A stretch of DNA of 64,000 nt from Lama glama (taxonomy: Eukaryota): positions 60,078,001-60,142,000 of the forward strand of contig CM052824.1 in the NCBI GenBank assembly GCA_028534125.1, written 5' to 3'. Every line of letters starts with the position of its first letter. Position 1 is the stretch's first letter. This document shows, piece after piece, positions 47,510-59,280 of this stretch. The notes beneath the pieces were generated by a model. The model was given only the letters and a program-made list of their open reading frames with translations, had not been told where the DNA came from and made no database searches. Position numbers and translations under genes: made by a program.

Positions 47510-47567
47510 CAGCTGAGTGGCCTGGAGCGAACGGCCTCACCTGTGGGGCCTCAGTTTCCCCTGCGTG
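47510..47567 (+). mobile_element. MIR core remnant
   Basis: ggcctcagtttcccctgcgtg preceded by agctgagtggcctgg. Confidence 0.45.
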
Positions 47568-50379
47568 CCCTGGTGCTCACGGTGCAGACCGCGGGGGTCA
47601 CAGGAGACCGGGTCGGGAGAACAGACCCCCCCCCGAGGCGACGCCGCGGACAGCCACCCTCTCCTCCCACCCCCTGCTCAGCTTCGGGGCCTCTCGGGCC
47701 TAGAACCCGGGCCTGAGCTGGGCAGCAAGGGCGCGGACCGGGCCCGAGGGCCGCGAGGCCCCAAGGCCGTCGGGCAGGGGAGGTGCGGTGCCGGGGGGCT
47801 CGCGTCACACCCTCGTCGCCTCTGGCCACCAAGGTGCCTGCGCGAGGCAGCACGGCAGAGCCACTGGCAAAGAGCGACTCGGCAGAGCTGTGCTTGGTTC
47901 GGGTCTGCTGAGCAGTTTTCCAGGGACCAGAAAGAGCCGCAGAGAAGTCCCAGGCCCCATAGGCCCGGGCCTGGGGAGGCGGAGCCGGCAGAACCCGAGC
48001 GCAGGGTGGAGGGCAGGATGCTGGCCTGCGCCGGGTGTGGGGCTGCCTCCTTCCCGGCTCCTTCCTCCCCCGCAGAGCGTGTCCAGCACGAGGGGCCGCA
48101 GAGCCAGTGTTTCCGGGCCCTTGGGCTGAGCGCGTCAGCCAGTGAGGGAGGACATCACCCTGTCTTGTGAATGCCGTCCCTGAGGTTGAGAGGGTCCCTG
48201 TGGTACCACGAGGCCCAGAAGGATGCGGACCCAGTCTGTCCGAGACGACGCCACAGCCCTCGCCCCTCCTTCCCTGCCCGGAGGCCTGGCAGGACCTGGA
48301 GCACAGCGGGTGGCCACCTGATGAAGCGGGTCGGCCTTGGCTGCTGCCCGTTGTGGCTGCTGCCTCTGTCCTGCCTGGTCCACTGTCTGTAGCTGGACAG
48401 CAGTCCCTTTAGAGGTCACTGGTGAAGCCGGCCACTGGCGAAGGTCACTGCCAGCCCAGCCAGGCCAGGCCAACAGCCACAGGGGCTCAGAAGAAGCTGG
48501 ACCTCCTCCTGGGTCCCCTGCAGCCAGCTCCACGGGCTGGGGCTGCACACCTAATGCTGGGGGTCCCTTCTTCCGCCTGGGCACCAGAGGCAGCACAGAG
48601 ACAATGTCCTGAACGGGAACCTGCAGGGTGGGGGCTCCTTGGCCGTGGCTGTGGCCATGACCTTCATGCCCACACCCAGCGGGCATTTCACAGATGCCGT
48701 CTGGTTCAGCCCAATGAGGACGTGAGTTCTCCCCCAACCTGAGGAGAGGCGCAGTGACTCAATCCACGTCCACACACCCTGACCTCCCGGATCCCAGTTG
48801 AACTGATCCAGCGTCCCAGGGAGCACGTCGCACGCAGGGCCTGGGCTGGGTGGTCCCCAGGCCTAGCCGTACCCATGTCACCGGGAACGTCCGTGGCCCC
48901 CTCACCTGGGAGCCGATGCTCTCCAAGCTGAAAGGCATTGAAGTGGAGGAAGGGAGCTCGTGTCGCAGCGTGGCTCCTCCTCCAGGAAGACTTCCTGGGC
49001 TCCAGCCACTCTCCATGTCCGGGGAAAGCATTTGATCTCGGCCTCCCACACTTTGCTTGGGGGTTTATAGATTTGACAGATGCCTCAAGACACAGCGCTC
49101 TTAGCCCCTCCGTCAACCACGGTCTCCCACGACCATCTTGCTGGCTCTCCCAGGGTCTTCTGCCCGTGGAGGCAGACAGGCTCCCAGGACATGGCACCAT
49201 ACCAACCCGCAGCCCCTGGTCCCATGTGTGAGGGGAGGCGCCCGGTGCCTGGGGCAGGGCTCCAAGCTGAGGGCCGCAGCTTCCAGGGAAGCCATGCGGG
49301 GCTGGGAATCACACAGAGGCGGCAACAAAGATGGGGAGCCCCCGGCCATGTCTGGGCAACTTGCACAACCTGAGTGGACCCTCCTCCATCTCTCGGCCTC
49401 AGCACCAAAGAAGGCAAGTGGCCCGCAGGGGCTGACCCCTCCGTCTTGCTGTCCCCTGCCGGAGCTCCCGGCCCACCCTGCACCCTCCCCGGCCTCAGAC
49501 TCCCGGTGGGGCTCTCCTGCCCTCGCCCCCCCCTTCCAGAGAGCTCCCCACCCTGGTCCGTTTGTCTGGGGTGCTGGCAGCCTGGTTTGAATTTGCGAGG
49601 CTGGGGCTGGTTCTCATTGCCGGCAGCCGCCTTCCCAGAGCCCTACAGGAAGATTCAACCTGTTCAAAGTAGAAATAAAATAAAATACAACAGCATCTCT
49701 CCACTCCTTATTAAATTAAACATTCTGGCCAGTAAGGGAAACCCCTAAATTTGATTTCCTCTCCTGGGCTGTTTCTGGTGGCGGGGGTCTAGGTCTGGAA
49801 GAACAGGACTGTGGTATTTTTGGAGGCAGGAGGGTTCACTTTTTTCACTCATATAATGATCCCTTTTCCCTGCAGGCCCACGAGATCGGCTTATTCTGCC
49901 CAAACCCAAAACCGCTCTGCAAAGCCTGGGACTGCCGAAGGGTCCTGGGCCAGGCCGGCCCCTCCGAGAGGCAGACCTGGCTCCAGGCTGGTCATCACCT
50001 GAAGGTGTGAGCAGAGCGGCTCCTCCATGGGACACCGGACCCTCCCGAAGAAGCCTGCAGACCCTGGATTCTCCGGGACCAGTGCCTTTAGGGGTTCACT
50101 CGCCCCAGCGGCCACACTGGGCTGTTTGTGGGGTGGGTGTGAGGTCGTGCAACTAGACAAGCAGGGTGGTTTGCACAGGGATTATCGGGGCCGAGGCACA
50201 GGCATCGACTGGAAATGGTCAGACGGCCCGCTTTGCCTCTTCGCACGGCGGAGGGAGAGGCGGCGGGCAGCTGGGCAGGCGGGCACTCCTGGCCGCGGTG
50301 GCTGCACTGTGGCCGGGACGCAGCCGCGGCCCCTGACCTCCTCAGCATGTGCAGGGAAGGGGCTCGCGGTGAGCAAGGC

Positions 50380-51110
50380 TCCTCTAATAGAATCCATACT
50401 CTGCCGGGTGCACGTTTAATATAAAAGATCTGGTGATACGCACCCACCGCCCGCGCAGCTCTGGTCCCACTGAAAGGCCTTTGTTCGGGGAGATTAGAGC
50501 GGGATTTGCTTTCATTTTTCACGATGTTTCACTCACTACATCACCAAGGTTATTGACGTGGCTGCAGCCCCTCCTCCCTCCACGGCCCGCCCAGCCCTTG
50601 CATTCCAGGGGTCTCCAGCACCTCGGGGACGGAGCCCGGCTGAAAGGACCCTGCCTGGGCCAGCTGAGCCGGGCCAGGCTGCAGGCGGCCGTCGAGACCA
50701 GGCCAGCATGCCCCGGGTCTGCGTGGCCACGCTGCCGCCGGGCCCCTGGTCCCCCAAGCAGCCCTGTCCTCCCTATCCTATGCAGGCTCACATCTGCTTC
50801 TCTACATCCGAGGCCCTGGTCACTCACTGCCGTCCCTTGTCCCACACTCCCCAGTCCTGGCCGAAGTCTGGAAGCCGCACTTGGCCGGGCAGCGCGGCCT
50901 GCAGGCTGGGACGCACGACTCCCGCAGGTCTGACAGCAATGGTTTTGTTCCGGCCAGGGGCCGCTGGGCTACGGTTTGATCTCACTGTGTTTTGTTTTAA
51001 TTAAGGGCTGATCTTCTTCTGAGCCCATTCCTGAAAATAACTCCCTGTTGCTTTCCTCCAGGACACAGGGCTTTGCAAATAAAAGTCTTTTTTAGAAACA
51101 AATAATGTTG
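50380..51110. promoter_or_regulatory. Paired AT-rich motif islands (50380-50560, 50930-51110)
   Basis: TTTAATATAAAA, GATTAG, TGACAG, TTTGATCT, TTAATTAA, GCAAATA and ACAAATA. Confidence 0.4.
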
Positions 51111-53574
51111 TCCTCCTCCCCCGCCCCCCAGGGCCATTTTCACAGGCAGACGCTGGTGCCCAGGCTACTGCTGCTCTGGGCCCGGCTGGAGGGTGGGCTC
51201 CCGGCGCCCAGGCCCGCCCTGCGGCCGCGGGGAGGCTGGGTGCGGGTCCTCGCTCCCCTCCGCCCGCAGCCCCCGCCCCTCCCCCAGCCCAGCCTCAAGA
51301 GCCTGGGCACTAATTGCAGCATTTTCCTGCACGACAGACAGAAAGGAGAGAAAACACCCACTTGTGTTGTCCCAACACAAGACTCTGACATGTTAACAAG
51401 TTTATTATATCCTGTTTCTAATCTAAACACAGAACGAGCCTCTGCAGAAGTGGGAAGTCGGCCCTAACGGTCTCAGCAGCCTCTGCCTCCCTTTGCTCCT
51501 GACCCAGGCTCGGCCCACTGCCCGGGGCCCTCCTGGAGGCCCCAGCCCCCGGGCGGCCCCCACACCTCCCCAGGCTCTCCCCGCTGAAGGTCCCAGGCCC
51601 CGGCTCACCCTGTCCTCCCGGGGGTCTGCAGGGCACAGGGAGAGCAGGGCTCCGCTCTGGCCGTCTGGGCGGCCATGCAGCCGACAGCGAGGCTGCCTTT
51701 CTGGGGTGCAGAGGAGTGGTGAGGGCCCTTCAGGGGTCTCTGGAAGTGAAGGACGGCGTGCCCTGCAGTGATCTTGGTTGACTGTGACACGTCCCTCCAG
51801 CTGGTGGATAAGCAGCCAGCTGCCCTTCCGCTCCCTCTGCCCCGCCCTCCGGCCACACCCCGGGCCGCGTGGTGCCCCTGCGCCTGCGGAACCCCACACC
51901 TCTCTCCGCATCCTTTACGCTCTCTCGTCCCCTGGCAGTCAGGGTGGATGGGGTGAGCGGCGCCCTGAGCGAAGCCCAAGCACACCAGACACATCCCCAG
52001 AAGCTTCCAGCGCCAGGGCGGGGTGGCTGCCAGCCTGTGAGCGGGGGCGGGGGGGCACGCGGTATTTGTGGAACAACACGATATGGGCCAGCGGGGAGAC
52101 ACCCTACAGATTTAATCCATCCCCTTAAATGCTTGGATCTCAGCTGTGAGCTGACAACAGCCCGGCGGCTGGGGCCTGCCTGTCACCATCTTCCCAGAGG
52201 CTCAGGGAAGTACCTGTGGACCCAGGCCAAGGGTGGGCGACAGACGGCCCCAACCCTCCCCTGGGCACAGAGGCCCCACCCATGCAAGTGGCCACCTCTG
52301 GGTCCCATAGTCCCTGGGGCGGGGGGGATGCCGGCATCCGCTGTCTGGTGGGGCTCAGATTCAAAGGCAGACCGACAGAGCTGCTGGCCAGGAAGGTGGG
52401 CCCCCCGCTTTCCTCCCCAGCGACGGGACAGGAGCCGAGACCAGCAGGCAGGGCAGAGATCGTCCTTCCTTCCCACAGCTCTGGGGGCTACAGGGATTGG
52501 GGCACAGCCCTTCCTGCAGCTGCGGCCTACAGACGGGCCCGTCAGCTGCTAAGTAAGAGACCATCCAGCGTGACCAGCGGGCAGGCCTTCTCAGCTTCTG
52601 GAATAATTTTCAAACACTTAACTCCACGGCTTACATTAAGGAAGAGGATCAGTCATCCGAATCTCACTGTGCAGGCACAAAAACGCGATGCCCCTCCACT
52701 CTCCCGCGTGCCTGGGCCTCGGCCTCCTGACCACACGGTTACCTTGCCCCGGGCTTCTGGAACACCGTCCCCGACTTGCTGCCCAGCCCAGCCCCCGGGA
52801 GGATGCGTAGAGAACACGCAGACGGGGGCCCGGGGAACCTGCCCTATAGTCACAGGCCTGGAGCCGAGGCCTGGAGGCTCCCCTTCCCTCAGCCTGGGCC
52901 AGACACACGGGGAGGCCGGGGCCGGACTGAGAGCACCCCCACTGTGTCCTTTCAGAGAAATGACACTCCAAGCTGGGGTCCCAAGAAAGGTAATTAACCG
53001 GACCTCAGAGGACCGAGCCTGCAGTCGGCTCACCTGCCTGGACCAAGAGCCACCACCGTGCCACGCCAGGCTGACCATGGCACTCCACACCCAGCCGAGA
53101 GGCATGGCCGGCTCACTCTCCTTCACCCGCACCTGGAAAGGAAGCCCCGCTGTGGGTGAGAGGCAGCTGGCTGCGCAGGAATGGAGCAGGAGGGCCCTGC
53201 CCAGCGGGGGCACCCACCAGGCCCCACGGACGGATGGGCGCCCAGGTGGAAGTCTGGCCACAGAGGCCCTCAGCTGGACAGTGGCACGGGGAGCAGAGCA
53301 CACACAGAGGCAGGAGGCCCAGGGTGGCCGAGGGTGTCCGGGCCACGCCGCCCCCATCCTCCTGGGCTGACCCCGCCCATGGCCACGGCCCCTCCCCACC
53401 TGCCTCCCAATGAAGCAGCCCTGAGAGCTGAGGCCTCGCAGGCCCGGAGCCACGCACCTTCTTCGAGAGCGCTTGGAGGCCAGGCAGGGGCTCATCAACG
53501 CTTTTGTGGGGCGTCCTCAGTCCCACTCGGCCAGAGGGGCACTGCTGGGGCCCTCTGGTCCACAGGCCACACCT

Positions 53575-53660
53575 ACACGGGAAGACATGCACCCACACCT
53601 ATGCCCACAGGTGTGCACTCACACACGCACACGCACACGCACAGACCCGCGTGTGCACAC
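53575..53660. repeat. CA/CG low-complexity tract
   Basis: cacacacgcacacgcacacgcacaga. Confidence 0.7.
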
Positions 53661-54890
53661 CCTGGCAGAGCCCTGGCCATGTGGGCCTGGTGCTCACATC
53701 CCCCAGCAGCCCACTCCCCCCAGTAGCTGAGCTCACGCTGGTCCTGAGGGCCCCCAGGACAGTTTGCTGCCCGCCCTCAGCCTCTGCAAATGACATCCAC
53801 ACACAGGCCAGGAAGTCACGCAGGAAGGTCGCCTTTCCCACAAGCGTGCAGGGGTCGGCAGCCAGCAGGCTGCAACCCGGCTCCCCGTTATTTCAAAGGC
53901 AAGCGCAGGAGTTTGCTTATAGCTCCCCGAAGACCAGTGAGCGCGGGGTTTATGATGGCACCGAGGGGACGCGCAGCCAGAGCTCTGCCGTCTCGAGGAT
54001 GCCCGGTCGGTGGCCCCAGCTCCCACCACCGGCACAAGGCACGCCACGCCTGGGGCCGAACACGCTCGTCCTAGGTCTGGGGACCACGCCGGATCCTCCT
54101 GGATCCCTCCACCCCCTCGTCTTGCTCCTGGTGCTGGAGATGGGAGAGCAGAGGCGGGAGGAAGACCCAGACCTTTCTGGTCGGGGTGAATCAACGAATC
54201 ACCGAGAAGAAGCTGGAAAACGGGAGACCGTAGGACAGGCCCGCGTGGCAGCTGGCGGCGAGGCGACATGGGGCCCGCCGCGCCCACCTGGGCCCCCACC
54301 TCCTCCAGACCCGCAGCTCTCCCCACCGTCCTGGGGGGCCGGAGCAAGACCGAGGGGGCTGGCTCCTGAGGCCTCACCAGTCGGCTCCCAGCGGCTGCAC
54401 TCCGAACCCCTGGCTCCAACCGGCCCCGTCCCTGCACGGCCTAATCCGATTTCCGCCACCTAAAGCAGGCCGCGGCCACGACCACGGGGCCCCGGGGCCA
54501 TGTTTGTATTCGAAATGGCCTTAAACCCGGCCCGCCTGCAGCTGCCCTCACAGAGGTGGGGAGGGGGCGGAAAGACCAGGAATGAATTACTCCAAGAGGA
54601 TGTGAGCTGGCTAAGCCCGGGCTGAAACAAAAGGCAGCGCAGGGCCTGAGAGTGTGAAGGAAGGGCTCTACCCGACAGAGGACAGCGCCGCCCGAGCGGG
54701 AGCCTCCGCTCGGCCCCTCGGTCCGTTGGCGCCGCAAACTCGCTTCCCTGAGCTCAGGACGGGTGCAGACACAGGGCTGCCGGCGGACCCCGGGCGTGGG
54801 TGGCGTCGGGACCACCGGGCCCGCTGCCTGGGCCGTGGCTGCGGGGCGGCCGCACTCCCAGCACTCTGCTGAGCCCCCACGCGCATGCGT

Positions 54891-55011
54891 GAGCTTGTCC
54901 GGCGGTGCTGCGCCCCGGGCACTTCCGCGGGCACACCTGCGGGCACATCCACGAGCTTGACCGAAGGTGCTGCGCCTCCGTGCACATCCACGGGCTTGTT
55001 CGGAGATGCTG
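54891..55011 (+). repeat. Nested tandem repeat: about 39-bp unit x2.5 with an internal 12-bp triplication
   Basis: GAGCTTGWCCGRMGGTGCTGCGCC-like starts at 54891, 54953 and 54992; GGGCACWYCYRC at 54917, 54929 and 54941. Confidence 0.8.
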
Positions 55012-56525
55012 AGGGGAGAGCCAGGTGCTTAGTTGCCTAAGAGCCCGTAGGAGCCGTGGGAAGCTCTCCTGCAGCCGTGAGGAGCGGCCCGTCAACGCCA
55101 AGCCCTAGGCCGCGTCATCTGTCAGGGCCTGATCCACGGGCAGAGCCAGCCTGGGGACCTGGGGGTGCCAGACCACCAGACCAGTGAGAAGCCGCTCTGA
55201 CCTGCCCTCGTCCTGCCCCAGGTCAGCCCCCAGGCCGGCAGACGCCATCCTACCTGGCCTTGGCTGGGGAGCACCTTGGGTAGACGGGCCCACAGGGTGT
55301 CTGTAATCAGAGCCAGGGCTGGAGGCCCCACGGGGCAGCCTCTGTCCCAGGCAGGGAGAAAGAGGCCTGGCAGGGGCTGGCTGGCCAGGGAAAGGCCAGG
55401 GTCCACATCCCAGAGTGACCAAGCCTGAAGCAGGGCCTGCTGCCTGAGCTAGGCCAGGGGCATCCAGGCTGAGCTGTGGTCTTGGGGGTAAAATTCCCAC
55501 AGGAAGAGACCAAGGAAACGGACCGACCAGCATCCTTCCTAGGTCGCGCCAGACCCTCCTCCCTTGCAGTGCTCGCTTGCATGTCTGTCCCTGGCTTTGA
55601 CTTTCAGTTTTGTATACAGCAGGTACTCGGCTCAGGTGAAATGAACACACCAGGGGATGGACACAGCAAGGAAGCCTCTCTCAGATGACCTTCCACGAGA
55701 CGGGGCACCCCAGGGTCTGGGACCGTTCCTTCCTTGGCTCCCGAGAAGGAGTCCTGTGTGTAGGGGTCCCGGCTACCCACCAGTCTGGAGTTAACACCTG
55801 CTGCTGACCCCAGCCTCCTGGGGAGCTACTGGGCAGGGAGGGGCTGCTGGAGAGCCCTCCGGGAAGGCCAGCCTGGACAGCGGCTCCCTGGCGCTGGACG
55901 CAGGTGGAAAGGCCGCAGCTGCTGGGTCCCTGGGGAGACCAGAGACAAGGCGGGTAGAGCTTTTCGGAAGCCCCCACCTGGGATGGGCATCAGCCACTCG
56001 GGTGCCCCTTCAGGACGTTATCCCGCCGCCAGGAAGGCAGGCAGGGCCAGACCGTTGGGCAGCCGGCCTTGCTGGGGGGTCCCTGCCCCTGCCTCCACTG
56101 GCTCGTGGCGAAGGCGGCGCTGTGGGCGCGTGTGCAGACCGTCGCCGATCGCCCCCTTTGTCCTCGGGAGAGCTCCTCACACGGCCTGCCTGATGGCGTA
56201 TTGATCCTCGGAGTGCAGGGTCCGGCATGCCATTAGTCCAGTCTGCTCTCAAGCTGACACAGCCTCATCATTTGTCATCGGCCCTGTCCTGCTGGGTTTG
56301 TTTAGGAGCTGGGGTATTTGCTTTATCTGCCACTTTCCAAGCCTCCCCCCACACTCCCTTCCTGGCGGGCGTTGATGGCCCCGTGTTCTCACCGCCACCT
56401 CTAGGACAGTCCCCGCACTTCCTTCACACCAGGGTCCCAGCAGGGTCCACATCATCCCACGGCAACTGTCTTCCCGACTACTCAGCAAGGCCAGTCCCAC
56501 TGTCCTCCCAGACCCATCACAGCAA

Positions 56526-56618
56526 TGGCACAGAGAGGTGCAGCTCCTGCCTCAGGTCACACAGCATGGAAGGGCCCAGCTGGAGCGGGGAACCGAAAGC
56601 CTCAGACTGCAAAGGCTG
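56526..56618 (-). mobile_element. MIR fragment
   Basis: ggcacagagaggtg...tgcctcaggtcacacagc. Confidence 0.7.
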
Positions 56619-58139
56619 CATTGGAGGCACAGGGATGCTGTCACCAACCAAGCAGAGGCTGGCCGGTGCCTGGGCGAGGGTGGTGCCAGAGTTGGGAGCC
56701 AGGCCAGCCGTGCAGAAAGAAGCTCCTCCTCCCACCTGGGGTCCGAATCCTCCGTCCCCTACTTGGTGTCTGCGGGAGCCTCCCCTCCTCTTTTCCCACC
56801 CCTGACATTCGGGCTCTGCCTCTTGACCCCCAGGACCATCTCAGTGGCCGGATGGGAGGTAGGAGGGGTGCCTGGTTGGGGTGGCTCAGAGGACAGACGC
56901 TGAGTGGGGACAACTGCCATGGGGCCTTTGTGGGGGTGGCGGCCGCTGCCCACGTGTCCAGCAGCAGGGGGCAGTCAGCTTTCCCTGAGAGTGACTGTGT
57001 GTGTGTGCACGGGTACGTGAGTGTGGGAGTGAGGGTGCACACTGTTGGGGTAAACACTACCGTCTGAAAACTACGCCGACACTGTGACATTTCACAGGAG
57101 CATCTCAAAGCCAGTCTACATTTGAAAACCTGGCAAATTTACTGCCGAAACTCCTCCACACATTACTTGGGATTTAAAAACAAAATCAAACAAAATGTTG
57201 GCAGACGGAGGAAACTAGTCCAGTGTTTGCCCCACGCATCCCTGAGTGTTTAAAATAAAAGAAGGAGAAATAGGAAATATTCTCAAGTCAAAATGTAATT
57301 CCTTAGATCTCAGGGCTCCTGAGCTTGGAGACCACTGCGGGCGCAGGGCTGACACCCTCCCTGCCGGGACCAGGGCGCTGGCAGGGCGGGGAGACGCCGA
57401 GGGGCATCCACACCGGGGGGGCATCCCGTATGTAGGGGCCAGGGGTGCTGCTGGACGCCCACGATGCCCAGGACAAGCCATCACCTGCCCACAGGGTGAG
57501 AAGCTGTCAAGCTGCCCCAACCCCAGCCGCCCCTCTCCCGCCAGCCTCCCTGCCTCGTCTGTCACGCGTCTGCTCCAGCCTGCACGTTTTACCCAGCATC
57601 CACCCTGTGCCGAGTTGCTGCAGCTCAGACCCCGGCTGCGGGCAGTCGAGCAGACCAGGGACGGAGTCCCCCTCAGAGCCTCCCTCATCCTCCCATTCCT
57701 CCTCCCTGCCCTCCACTCGCCACCCTCCCCCCTGCCCTCCCTCCTCCAGCCCAGGGCAGGACACAGAAGCAGACCTGGGGGGTTGCTCTGGCCCCTCTGC
57801 AGAGTCCAGGCTCCCAGGCCCTCTCAGGGACTTCCGGCCTCCGGTAGGAAGGGGTACCAGCCCTCCTGACGGACCCAAGGGAGGGGCACCGAGTCAGTTC
57901 CCAGGCAGGCTGGGGGCCGGGGGACAGGGCTGACGCTGCCCGGCTTCGGGAGGCCCGCCTGGTCCTAACTATGCACTGAGCCTGGAGCGAGCAGCGGGCC
58001 CCGGACTGAGCCCTTTACACGCCTGACCTCACAGTCCCCGGGGGCCCTTCCCACCGGGAGGCCCCATCGGCCACCAGGTCGGCCTGGAGGGGCCACTTCG
58101 CCTCCCTGTACGACTCCCATGAGGGGCACTGTGGACCTC

Positions 58140-59280
58140 AGATAGATCGTCAATAAAGTGTGACTCCCCCCCCCCCCCGGGGCAGCTTCCCAGCCTCAGG
58201 GGAGGGGGCGGCACGGCCCGCCCTGCCTCCGGGAATGTGGCCTTGGGGGGCCGCAGTGTGGATGGTCGTGGGCCCAGGCCCTAGGCGTGGGGTTCAGGCC
58301 GCCAGGCACTGAAGTCATCGGTAGCAAAAATAAACAGCAGAGCACGAGGCGGCGGGGCCCATAAAAGCAGGCGGTGCGGCTCCTGAGTGCTGAGCGTTTA
58401 CGAGGAGCGCGCCTCCCAGCCCCGTCCACACGCGGGGCTCTGGTTTCGTTTTATTTGAGGAAAACTTTAACTGCAGCAAAATCGTGTTCCTGACTCAAGA
58501 AAAGCAGAACGCGGAGGCCAGGAGGCCGGGCACCGCTCGGCACTGAATTTCCCTCCGAGCGGGAGTTTGGAGACAAAGGCGGCTTTTCTCCTGGACCCAC
58601 TGCCCTTTGTCGCTGGAGGAGAACGCCCGCTTCCCCAGGTCTGTCTAATCCTCTCAAGGGATGCCCTGGGTCCACCTTTCCCGCTAACCGAGGCCTTTTG
58701 GGGATTTCCCTCTGATCCACCCAAAAAATAAAGGGGCCCAAAAAAAAGAGAAATGACAAAAAATGGAAAAACCCTGGAACTTCCCGAGTTGGTGAGCACG
58801 GACGGGGCTGGAGTTGTATGAAAGTCTTTTCTGTTTACTTCCCACCTAGATAAGATCTTAATCACAGCCCCCAAATTATCGGCCCTGACATTTATCAAGG
58901 CCCCGGCCGCCCCCGCCCGCGCCGGCCATCAGCCTTTCTTCCTCCCTCCCTTTCAATGGAAGTTAATTTCGAGAACACGATTTCTCTTGCTGGGCGAGCA
59001 GCGCCGCGGCGGCCCACCTCCGCAGAGGGCGGGCTGGGGAGTGAATTGCGGCCGCGCTGTCCGGTGATTGGGTTCCGCGGGGAAGCAGAATAGGCAGCGG
59101 CATGTTGCCTGATGCGATGCTGGGCCTTTTCAGCCCGCGAAGAAAAAAAGATTAGGCCTCTGACGGCGGGGCTGACAGGCGAGCTCGGGGCAGCAGACAA
59201 AAGGCCGCTACCTGAAAGCCAGACCGAGCCGTCCCCCGAGGGGGGGTGCGCGTCCCGCCCCGCCCCCGCGGCATGTGCTC
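58140..59280. promoter_or_regulatory. Large CpG-rich candidate enhancer/promoter
   Basis: Posterior-HOX motifs, TGTTTAC, AGATAAG, TTAATCA, TGACATTTATCAAGG, TGATTGG, TGACAG, GC boxes, and dense CpG at 58900-59280. Confidence 0.55.

Noticed and set aside
52216-54463. Long ORFs (384 aa and 319 aa; also 39695-40711, 338 aa)
   Set aside because: P/G/A/R-rich, no recognisable domain, overlapping ORFs in several frames, mostly non-ATG starts; expected in GC-rich DNA.
54680-54689. REST/RE1 right half-site GGACAGCGCC (and left half TCAGCACC at about 61492)
   Set aside because: The partner half-sites are missing at canonical spacing.
56961-56975. CTCF-like GCAGCAGGGGGCAG
   Set aside because: A single 13/14 match in very GC-rich DNA is not distinguishable from chance without ChIP or conservation data.
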